From assembly GCF_009914755.1 (NCBI RefSeq), contig NC_060927.1: a stretch of DNA of 64,000 bases; one strand, given 5' to 3'. Under the pieces are notes generated by a model. It was not told the origin of the DNA and searched no databases. It was given only the letters and a program-made list of their open reading frames with translations. The DNA comes from the human T2T-CHM13v2.0 reference genome, Homo sapiens. The number at the start of each line of letters is the position of its first letter. The stretch's first letter is position 1. The position numbers and the translations under genes are program-made. This document shows, piece after piece, positions 52,466-64,000 of this stretch.

Positions 52466-53105
52466 TTTTCTGACTCATGCACTATTTTAACAGCTTCCAG
52501 GAAATCCTTAGCCTGAGTATTTGGGGTGATTGGAGGAAGTGATTTCTAGAAACATTGGAGGAAACATTGAGGAAAGAAGAGTGGATGTGAGGGAGGGGAA
52601 CGTGGAGAGAGTGGGGAGAAGGAGGAAAGGAGAGAGGAAGGGAGAGAAGGAAGGGATGATGGGGAGGGAGAGAAAACACGGAGAGAGAAAGGAAAACAAG
52701 GAGAAACCACAGCAGGGAAAGGGAGGATTGTGGCCACCAGGCGAGAAGTCACCTGCAGGCCCTAATACCTCAGTAGTGACCCAGGACCAATGAGTGGGTA
52801 AAATTGCTGCCCTGACATTTGCCCTGTTCCAGCCAAAGATGGCTCACTCCGTGACCCTGAGAACTTAGGACAGTCCCTGCTTCCTAAATGAGAGGGTTGC
52901 GCAGGCTGCTGGGCAGAGTGCCCTCTGTTAGGAGGTGAGTTTAGCTGAGGGACTCATGGCTTGGCCTGCACTTGTTTCTGAACCTGACCTTGCTAGCATC
53001 ACCCTCAGATCCTAGAGAATTATTTTCTGACATGCACTATTTTAACAGCACCCAGGAAATTCTTGGCCTGAGTATTTGGGGTGATTGGCGGAAGTGATTT
53101 CTAGA
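52466..53105 (+). repeat. Dispersed direct repeat of about 85 bp (52466-52550 and 53023-53105)
   Basis: Manual alignment: 5 substitutions and one 2-nt indel. Confidence 0.95.
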
Positions 53106-54222
53106 CTGGTTCTTTACCAACCAAAAGGTCAACTCTCCTGATCACTCCTGGTAGTGTGAACATGTACAACAGTTTTCCTTGGAAGTTGAGAGACTTCTAG
53201 CAACCTATATTTTCCATTCTATCTTAGCACAGAAGATAGGCTTAGCAAAGGAATGCCTCAGGCACTCTAAAATATATCCCCACCCTGCTGGAAACCAACA
53301 ACAACCTTTAAGCATACGCTTAACAACAAGTGAAATGTTGTCACACACTCCTGTAATATTTTCCCCCAAAATGTTGAGATGACTTTTCTGGACTTGCCTA
53401 TTGGCCACAGTTGTGTGTTGATAAGCTAGAGCAAGCTCTCTGGTTCAGGAAACTTAACAGGGAGCTGATGTTCATGCTATCATGCTGAAAGGGGCATGTT
53501 ATGCCATCATCCCTTGAAAAACACAACTTGCTGAAACAAAAACAGAAATAGTGAATCTGAGCAGTCCTATATTCTTTTTCTTTTTTTATTTTAAAGACAA
53601 CTCTTCCTACACTTTAGAAAATGCCAATCTTACATTGTCTTTTCCAGAAAACAAAGAGGGAACATTTCCTGCCTTTTTATTTTGAGACAAGCATACACCT
53701 GATACCCAAAACTGACAAAGATATTACCAGCAAAGACCATTATAGGCCAATATTTATCTTGAATACAGATGCAAAATCAGAAACAAAATATTAGCAAATT
53801 TATATACAGTGATATATATAAAAGGATAACAGCATAACTGAGTGAGGTTTAATTTAAAAATGCAAGAGCGACTTAACATTCAAATATCAATGTATTTTAC
53901 CATACTAACAGAAAAAAATCTCAAGAGATTTAGAAAAAAAAGCCCTTGAGAAAATTAACACCTATTCATGATAAAAATCTCTCAGCATTAGGAATAGAAA
54001 GGAACTTCTTTAAACAGATAATGCATGTGTACAAGATATCCACACCTAACATGATGAAATGTTGCATTTAATAATGAAATATTGTACTTTTTCCCCTGTG
54101 GTTGGGAATAATGTAAGGATGTTCATAACCTTGCTCCCAACCTCAGGGCCAAAGCAAATAATTAGAATAAATAAGTGAAATTTTCAAGGTCACTAGATAC
54201 AAAATCAATACAAAAAATTAAT

Positions 54223-57200
54223 AAATGTAAAATAATTTAAATTATGTAAATCACATTCTTAAATCACAATGGAATTAAATTATAAATCAATATGGAAAGA
54301 ATATGGAAAATTCCAAAATATTAAAATACTAAGCAACAAAGTTCTAATTAAGCTATGGGTCAAAGGAGAAATTACAAGGAAAATTAGAAAATATTTTGAA
54401 CTGAATGAAAATAAAAACACAACATATCAAAATGTGTGAGTTGCAGCTAAAACAGTGCTTAAATAAAATTTTATACTAATAAATTTATACTAATGTGCTA
54501 ATTTTATAATAAGTATAACATTTATACTTAAAAAAGAAGACAGGTTCTATGACCTAGCTTCTAGCTTAATAACCTAGAATAAGAACATAAATGCAAATAA
54601 AAAATAAACAGAAAAAAGATAAAGTTAAAAAGATCAACGAAATAGAAAACAGAAAAATAATAAATAATAAAGGCAATCAAAATCCCTTTTTAAGATCAAC
54701 AAAAGTGATGAACCTCAAGCCAGATTAATCAAAAAAATTAAAGAAGAGAAGAGATAAATTAATACAGAAATGAGAGAGGGGACATCACTACAGATCCTAT
54801 TGATAGTAAAGTTATTAGAGGAATATTATATACAATCATATACCAATACATTTAACAACTTAGATCAAGTGGAAAATTTCTTGAAAGACACAAATTACCA
54901 AAGCTTACTGAAGAATAAATTTATATCCTAAATAGCCCTGTGCCTATTAAATAACTTGAATTTGTAGTTAAAATCCTTCCCACAAAGAAAACTCCAGACC
55001 CAGATGGCTTTACTGGTAAATTCTATGAGGCATTTAAGAAAGATAATACCAATTCTATACAAACTCTTCCAGAAAATTGAATAGAAAGGATCACTTCCCA
55101 AAAAATTACATGAGGTCAGCATTAACTCAACAGCAAAATTGAAGACATTACAAGAAGAAAAAGAAGGAGGAGGAAGAGGAGAAAAACTACAGATTAGTAT
55201 CTTTCATAAACATCCTTATAAAAGTATAAAATTTTAATAAATCATAACTATAATATATAAAAAGATTATGACCAAGTAAAGTTTATTCCAAGAATGTAAG
55301 GTTGGTTTTACAACTAAAAATAAATTAATTCACCATACTTAAAGACTAAAAGAGACCAAAAAAGAGTGCAAGCATATAATCATCTCAATAGATGCAAAAA
55401 ATAAGAAATTAAAAAATTGACATAATTCAACAACCATTTATGACAGAAACTATGAATAGAAAGAAACTTCTTCAACTTGATAAAGATGATCTATAAAAAC
55501 CTAGCTAACATCATCATACTTAGTGGCGAAAGACTAATTTCCCCACTAAGATCAGAACAGGGGCAAGGATGTGCAGTCCCTCTATTTCTATTCCACTTTA
55601 TACTGGAAGTTCTAGCCAGTACAAAAAGGCAATAAAAAGAAACGTACAGTTTGAAAAGGAAGAAGTACAACTCTACTTATTTGCATGCCAACATTCTATC
55701 TTTGTAGAAAATCCTTAGGACTATACAAAAAAATACTAGAACTAATCAATGAGTTTAAAAAGATTACAGGATACAAAGCTAACATACAACAATTAATTAT
55801 ACTTTTATATACCAGCAAGAAACAATTTGGAATTGAAATTTTTTTTAAAAAACTTAACAATAACATCAAAAAATATGAAATACTTTGTGATAGATTTGAA
55901 AAAACTGATACACAAGTCGTGTACATCAAAAACTACAAAACACTGCTGAGACAAATTAAGTAGATGGAGAAATACATGATATTCATGAACTGGAAAACAA
56001 AATATTGTTAAGATGCCAATTCTTCCCAAATTGTTCTAAAGATATAATCTATCCCAGTCAAAACCCAAGAAGGATTTTTTTGGAGAAATTTGACAAATTT
56101 ATTATAAAAGTCATATGGAAATCAGAGGACCTAGAATACCCAAAGTAATTTTGAAAAAGAATAAAGTTGGATGACTTAGCCTATCTGATTTCAAGACTTA
56201 TTATGACTCACACTGTAATCGAGGCAGTGTGGTATTGGCAAAAGATACAACTTCAATGGAACAGAAGAGAAAAATCCAAAAATAGACCCTCAGATGTATG
56301 GTCAATTGATTTTCAATGAAGGTGCTAAGGAAGTTCAATGGGGGAAAGGATATCTTTTCAACATATAGTCCTTGAACAATTGAATATTCAAAAGCAAAAA
56401 TTGAACCCATGTTCTTACCATATTACTCTATGTATAGGCATTAACTCAAAATGGATAATAGACTTATATGTAAAAGCTAAAACTATAAATCACTAGAAGA
56501 AACGGTGAAAGAAAACCTTAGTGACCTTGGATTTGGCAAAGATTTATTTAAAAGGACATAGAAGGCACACACTATAAAGGGGAAAAAATAGGCTAATTGG
56601 ACTCTTTCAAAATTTAAAACTGTTGCTCCTCAATGGATACTATTAGAAAAATGAAAAGGCATGCTACAGACTGGGAGAAAATATTAGCAAAATATACATC
56701 CAACAAAGGACTTGCATCTACAACCCAATTAGAGATAGCCAAGAGGTTTGAATTGACACTTCACCAAAGATATTCTAGTAGCAAATAAGTGTATGAAAAG
56801 GTGCTCAACATCATTAGTCATTGGGGAAATGCAATTTCATACCACCATGAGATAGATATCACTATGCAGCCAATAGAATGACTAAAATTAAGACTGACCA
56901 CTCCAAATGTTAGCAAGGATATGAGGCAACTGGAAATTTCACTCTGCTAGTGAGAGTGCAAAACGACATAGTCACTCTGGAAAAGAGATTGCAGTTTCTT
57001 AAACTGTTAAACATACCTCTATGACCCTAGTCATCTCATTCCTAGGTATTTTTACCCAAGACAAGAGAAATGAAAGTAAATATCCACTGTAAGTCTTATG
57101 CATGAATGTTCATAGCTGCTTTATTTTTAACAGCCCCAGTGTGGAAATAGTTAAAATGTTCATCAGCACATGAATGGATAAGTGAATTGTGTTATATCTG

Positions 57201-57414
57201 AACACTCAGCAACAACTATTGATACATGAAGCAACATAAGGGATAGGAGTGTGGACAGCAAAGTGGCACAAGGAAACCTCTGGGGATGATGCACGTCTGC
57301 ATTATCTTGATTGTGTGACGTTTCATAGTGTGTTATGTTCCTCGAAATTCCCCAGCTGTATACTTCAGTCATGTGCAGTTCTTTTGTACCTTAATTATAC
57401 ATTAATTAAGCTGT
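54223..57414 (+). mobile_element. Nested 5'-truncated L1M (degenerate ORF2 plus 3'UTR)
   Basis: Runs from the late endonuclease region (cacaatggaattaaattataaatcaa) to the 3' end; flanked by aaaaattaat at 54213-54222 and 57415-57424 (probable TSD). Confidence 0.8.
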
Positions 57415-58282
57415 AAAAATTAATTGTATTCTATTTTACAGCTTAATTATACCTTAAGCTGTAAAAATTAATTGTATTCATCTGTATTTTTATATATTAA
57501 GCAACAAGCACTGGGAAGATGAAATTTTAAAAATACCATTTGTAAGAGCACCAAAAATGTCAAATACCTGAAAATAAATCGAATAAAAGATGTGCAATCC
57601 CTCTGCATTGAAAGTTAGAAAACATGACTGGGAGAAATTAAAGAGAACATACAAAAATGGAAAGATATTCCGTGTTAATGATAGGAAGACTCAATATTTT
57701 CAAGATGTCAATCATCCTCTGAGTGATCTACAGATTCAGCACAATTGCAATCAAAATCCCCAGTGGGTTGAAGGGGTGGAAATTGAGAAATTATTTTTAA
57801 AATGTATATGGAAATGCAAAATATCTAGGATAGTTAGGATAATGTTAAAGAATAAGACAAAGTTTGGTGGACTTATGTTACTAGATTTTAAGACCTAGTA
57901 AAAAAACTACAGTAGTTAAGACAGTGTGGTATTGGCACAAGAATGAACAAATAGACTGATGGAACAGAGGGTCTTGAAGAGAACCACATGTATATGGTTA
58001 CACAAGTGTCACTGTAATTAAGTCAAGAAAGGATGTTTTTTCAATAAAGGCTGCTAGCGTAATTAGATATCCACATAGAAAAAAATAATCTTGCCTCCTA
58101 GCTCATAACATACACAAAAGTCAATTCCAGATGGTTCACATTCTAAATATGAAAGGCAAAACAATATAACTTTTAGAGGAAAACATAAGAGAAAATATAT
58201 ACACCCCTGAGTATGCAAAGATTTCTTAAACTGAAAAAAAGCACAAAACTTGAAAAAAATGATGAATTGCATTTCATTATAA

Positions 58283-58737
<455 letters not shown>

Positions 58738-58762
58738 AAAAAGTAAATTTAAAAGGCAAACA

Positions 58763-59044
<282 letters not shown>

Positions 59045-59824
59045 CTAAATGGTCAATAGACATATGAAATGTGCTAAATGTCATTACCCTCAGATAAATA
59101 TAAAAAGGTAAATTAAAAACCCAAAACAATACTGTTACACACCCAGGAGAATGACTAAAATGGAAAAGGCAGACAACACCAAGTGTTGACAAGAACAAGG
59201 AGCAAATGGAACTCTCCTACATTACTGTTAGGTGTTGACATATAACCATTGTGAAAACTCTAGCAGAATTGACTAAACTGAGCATACATATACTCCATGA
59301 TTTAACATTTCTGCTTCTTGGGTATATACCCAACAGAAATGTGTGCATGCGTTCACTGAAAGACACATAGAAATATTCACAGTAGCACTTGCACTATCAG
59401 CCAAAACCAGAAATGATTCAAATGGCCATCAAACTACAGAATAAATAAATGGCAGTATCTTCACGTCATGGAAACAAACAAAACCATAACTACGTGGAGG
59501 AAGCTCAACCATGTGGTTATAATGTTGAGAAAAAGAGCCAGATACCAAAGAGTACATATGGTAGGATTCCATTTACATAAAGCTCATACCCAGGGAAGAG
59601 TAATCTACAATGTTGGAACTCAAGGTAGTAGCCACTCTCAGGAGCGGTAGTGACTGAGAGGATATGTGAAGGGGGCTCCGGGTGCTGGCCCTGCTCCATG
59701 ACTTAATCTGGGTTCTGGTTATGAAGGTGTGTTCACCCTGTGAAAATTCACCCAGCTGTACCACTGTGATCCTACACTTTTCTTATATATGTATGTCACA
59801 CTTAAAAAACAAAAAGATTGGCTT

Positions 59825-60035
59825 GGCTTACTGTGGAAAGTGCTGTGATGGAAAACAACAGAGTGCTGGAGAGAGAATCTGGCTGGGTTGGTCAGTCAGG
59901 GAGGGCTCCTTGGAGGAAGGGATGTTTGGCTGAGAGCTGGAGAGTGAGGAGGAGCCTGCTATGAGAAAAGCAACGGGGAAGAGCTTCCAAGGCAGTGGGG
60001 AACAGATGGACAAAGGCAGGAAGGCTGGGATGTGA
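59825..60035 (-). mobile_element. L2 fragment
   Basis: ggtcagtcagggagggctccttggaggaagggatgtttggctgag. Confidence 0.7.
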
Positions 60036-60417
60036 GTGAAGCAATGATGTGCAGGAAGCTGGCTTGTGCCATCAGTGAGAGCCAGTTCTGAGCATCTGGC
60101 GCCAACTGTGTTCAGTGAGGTCACCATGGTGGCTTGGAATATGCAAATAATGTGGGAAATCAGCAAATTCTATCAATCTGGATTTTTTTTTTCTCAGAAA
60201 ACCACCAGCTGTACAGCAATGACCATAGCTTGGCAGACCTGCCGTGATTGGTCATTTGACTGTCTTTAAAATTCACTCTGTTACATCCTTGGCTTTCTTC
60301 TCTCTCCTGCTAGAAAAAAAAAAAAGTTTCTTTGGATGCAACCAAAGAGAACCTCTGGCATCGGCCTGTCCGTTATTTACCCTTAGTTGTTAATTCTTTT
60401 TCTTTTGTGTAAAATTA

Positions 60418-60617
60418 AAGTCGGCAAACTGCAGCCCTTGTGTCAAATTTGGTCCTTGGCCTGCTTTTGTAAAGAGTTTTGTTTGTTTTTCATATTGTCT
60501 ATGGTTGCTTTTGCATTACAACAGTGGAGCTGAGTTGCTGCCACAGAAATCTTATGGATGGCAAAGCCTAAAATATTTGCTATTGGTCCTTTAAGGAAAC
60601 CATTTGCCCACCCCTGT
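60418..60617. mobile_element. MER58A DNA transposon
   Basis: gtcggcaaactgcagccc...ggcaaagcctaaaatatttgctattggtccttta...tttgcccacccctg. Confidence 0.85.
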
Positions 60618-60882
60618 AGCTTGGCAATAGTCATCCAATCCCATGCACCCTTGTGGCCAGTATTTTCTGCACCCACGTCAAACACCCAGTGCAGCATGCT
60701 GCTAGTGCATTCCCTTCCAGAGGTACACCCTACCAATCCCCTGCTGGTTAAATGTTTAACTTTTGGGCTGTCTCTGCTTAACAGCCACCAATGATGGGGA
60801 CCTTCTCCCCAGCCAGAGGTGACGGATCTATTTCCCAGAACCCACCTCCTCACCCGCTCTCTCAGACCAGTCCCGGTGCCAA

Positions 60883-61250
60883 CTGTTGAAGGTTGGTTTC
60901 CCGAAAAGTAAAGGCTGAGGAAGATTTTGAGTGCAAGATGCTTATTAGGGGGTCAATATCTGTGGAAGAAAGAGGGAAAAGTCTTGAGGGTGTGATTTTT
61001 TAGGGGGAAAGGGGAGCTCTGGTCCAGTCCTGACTACCAGGGTATCTTGCACCAGCTGAAATGGCTGGAGATCTACACACCCAACGGGGAAGGGCACGAC
61101 CTCAGTGAGGGGTTCTCCACAGCTGAAGCTGACCCCGAAGGAGCCAGTGCTAGAGGCTGCTTGCAGATAGCACTCTGCCACTGGCAGCAATGTGTCCCTA
61201 AAGGAGGGTCTGGGCAGCATGCACCAAGGTCTGCCATAATCCGCACCATG
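60883..61250. mobile_element. Ancient ERVL LTR (LTR16/LTR33 group)
   Basis: ggttggtttcccgaaaagtaaaggctgaggaagattttgagtgcaagatgcttattaggg. Confidence 0.6.
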
Positions 61251-61399
61251 GCGTCCCTGATGTCCCCACTTTTTCCCCACCGTGGCAGCCTTTTATCATT
61301 TCTTCCCACTTCCTAAAGCACTACTTCTGAAAAACTAACCACACTGATGAAAAGGGAAAGAACTTCTGTCTGTCGGCAGGCTACTGTGTGCCAGCTGCC

Positions 61400-61870
61400 C
61401 TAAAGAGGTGACCTCGTGAGAGAACCCCGTTAATGCTCCACTCTGCAGATACGGAGACTGAATTTCCCCAAGGGGAACTGAACTACCCAGGGTCACACAG
61501 CTGGGAAGTGCAGGGCTGGTATTCAGTTATAGTTTGCCTGGCATTTTAATTAATCTACTGTTTTTTTCCGCCCTAGCCCACCATCTCTTATAAAGGAATT
61601 ATTGTGTATCATAACACTTTATCAATCAGACAAATAATGGGCCATCAGATCTTCTGGCCTGTGTGAGCTGGTCAGAGTCACTCTTGCAGAGACATAGGGA
61701 CATGCTGAATTGCATGCTCACCAGGTATCAGGTGCCGCACTGAGCAGTCAATGTGGATAATCCCCACGTCAGCCCCTGAGGTAGGTGCTGCTATTATCCC
61801 ATTTTACAGATGGGAAATGGAGGCTTAGGAGAGGCTGAGCAATCTGTTGAAAGCAAGACATAGGTCTGTT
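61400..61870 (-). mobile_element. Two MIR fragments
   Basis: cccagggtcacacagctgggaagtg; attatcccattttacagatgggaaatggaggc. Confidence 0.75.
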
Positions 61871-62279
61871 TAATGACTGGACACAACTTCCTCCTTTCCT
61901 GGGTGGAAGAAAGTCTACCTCCAACAAAAGCAATTACTGTGTTTTTTTCCCTTGTGTCTTCAAGTGGGGATCTGCATAATCTTAAACTCTTTGAAATATT
62001 TAAAGTACCCCAAGCAGTCTCCATCGCCTTCACAGGCCTGCAGGACCCTGGGCACACAGGATGAGACCTACTTGCCTATGGTAATGACAGGGCCTAGGAA
62101 CGGAGTGCTGGAGTGGTGTCCAGGTATAAGCAGCGGTGTAGGGATGAAAGCCAAGTGATCTTGGGATTCTTTTCTCTCCACTGTTTTTGTTGTTTCATTT
62201 CTCCCTTAGAGATCCAGAACTACACAAGGAAGCATTTACTTCACTTTGTTTTGTTTTGCATATATATACATGATGTTGG

Positions 62280-62935
62280 TAAACAGCATGGGCTCTGGAA
62301 TCAGGCAGACCAACATTCAAATCCGGATTCTGCTTCTTACTACCTGTGTGGCATCCACCAAATGGCTTCACCTCTCTGAGCCTCACTTTCCTCATCTGTC
62401 CGGTCTGACTTAGAACATCCCTATCTCCTGGGCTCTTGTGAGGGAATGTTGATAAATCTAAACACATAGCACAGCCTGCAGGAACCTCAACAAATGGCAG
62501 TTGAGCTCTGGCCTCTATGGGACCCCAGGTCTTTGGCCACTCAGGTTGATGCCTCTTGTTTTCAGCCCAAGATCATCCTCTCAGCACAGAAGCATCAGTT
62601 CATATGTGGCGTCTCTTCTGCCCTCCTCAATTGCCAGAGAATACTATCTCCCTGACCAAGGATGGATTCTTCCTGTCACTTCTGAAGAACCACATAGTGA
62701 AGAAGTGAGGAGGAGTTGGCCCTTGGAGCCAGGCTGGTTTGAGTTTCATCTAAGTCATTTCTTAGCTGTGTCACCCTGGACAAGTTTCTTAACCTCTCAG
62801 AGCTTCCAATGTCTCATTTGCACAATAGGTACAATTGTACTCACTTTGTGAGATCATGGTGAGGGATCAATGGGCATCACATGGGAAAGGTCCTTACATA
62901 CTGACTGGTACACAGGAGGTGCTCAATAGATGCCT
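62280..62935 (+). mobile_element. Two MIR copies (about 62280-62500 and 62720-62935)
   Basis: ggctctggaatcaggcagacc...cctcactttcctcatctg; tggagccaggctgg...gtgctcaatagatg. Confidence 0.8.
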
Positions 62936-63239
62936 GTTCTCATCTCCTTCTGCTATTTCCACTTATTCTAAGCCAAGACTTTCACAAGAGACTCCTAAGA
63001 AGTTGTATCCTAGCCCAGGCCTTTCTACAATCTTGGTATAGCTATTTAAAAAGACAAAAATCAGTAATAACTTTGTTCTTTATAATGACAACAATAATAA
63101 AATGGCTATAGTATTGCGTATAAAATCAGTTCCAGTTCATGCCCACATGATGCTTACAGTCCAGTGGGGAGAGTGGACATTCATCCACAAACCACAATCT
63201 CTGGGAATGAGAGGTACGTGTGACAGTGCACTTACTTCT

Positions 63240-63385
63240 CAGAAGGACCCTATAAGTTGGAGACTATAATTATACTCACATTTCAAATAAAGAAACTGAG
63301 AGTTGGAGAAGTTACGCTTTTTTTCTCTGGGCCACCCAATTGGTAAGAGGCAGAACTAGGATTTGAGCCCATGTTCTTCTTCTCA
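63240..63385 (-). mobile_element. MIR
   Basis: tttcaaataaagaaactgagag...ggcagaactaggatttgagccc. Confidence 0.75.
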
Positions 63386-64000
63386 TCTTCTAGCTGTGAA
63401 ACAAATGTGGGGGCAATAGATAGACCTCTCTGTTAGGCAGAGGCTAGCCATTCAAAATTTTCAAGTAGGAGTCAGCTTCAGTTATTAAAATTGTTATCTG
63501 AAGTATATCTGAGAAGGAGAGAGGGAGGACAGACCCCCAAAAAAGCCAGTGCTGTGATGTCTTGATTTATTCACAGTCACAGAGAAATCACTATCAACAG
63601 ATCACTCTTTGCGGCTATATAGCAAACCCAAGAAAAGACTTTGATTGGTTCTCGTGGGTCACTTGCTTATTCTTGCACCAATCATTGTGGCCAGAGAGCA
63701 GCTATAGCAATGAAAAGGAGGGCAGAGCAGACACCCCAAGTGACAGCTCCATCAAAACCAACCATTCCTCCTTGAGATGCCACAGTACTGGATGCTGTTC
63801 AGGGCATGGGCATGAATGTGACCTCCTCAGGAGGCTGCCCCCAACCACTTTACCAAAAGTAGACCCCACCCCTGACCCTGTTTGCCTGTTTAATGTTCTC
63901 GATAAAACTCACTACTCTGCTATTGTCTTCTTTATTTCTCTTTCCTTGCTAGGATATAAATAAACTCCTTGAAAAGAGAGGCCTTGTCTGATTTCTTGAT

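Noticed and set aside
52466-53105. Direct repeats read as LTRs of a mini retro-element or as a CRISPR-like array
   Set aside because: No TG...CA termini, TSD or primer-binding site; only two copies; eukaryotic context
55685-57898. ORFs resembling reverse-transcriptase-family protein
   Set aside because: Frameshifted, stop-riddled relics of ancient L1 ORF2

Overview
Primate (most likely human) non-coding genomic DNA, either intergenic or deep intronic; I cannot name the locus. No protein-coding exon, RNA gene or CRISPR array is supported. Every ORF in the supplied track is repeat-derived, low-complexity or of chance length. The window is dense in transposon relics: nested ancient L1M blocks at about 0.4-3.8 kb and 53.5-59.8 kb, one short 5'-inverted L1PA, AluJ/AluY copies, many MIR and L2 fragments, MaLR/ERVL LTRs and MER5/MER58 DNA transposons. 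The unique sequence includes a CpG-rich patch with a strong CTCF motif (about 7 kb), a second CpG-rich patch (about 32.7 kb), several homeobox/SOX/POU motif clusters and a candidate 24-nt exon (27.2 kb). The most unusual structures are: two AluY copies inserted back-to-back at the same TTT|AAA bond; an 85-bp local duplication whose copies differ in AP-1/ETS motifs; two fold-back scars in the L1 block; and a 0.9-kb AT island with a perfect 24-bp inverted repeat. I found no convincing novel gene system. Repeat subfamily calls come from recalled consensus sequences, and boundaries without TSDs are approximate.
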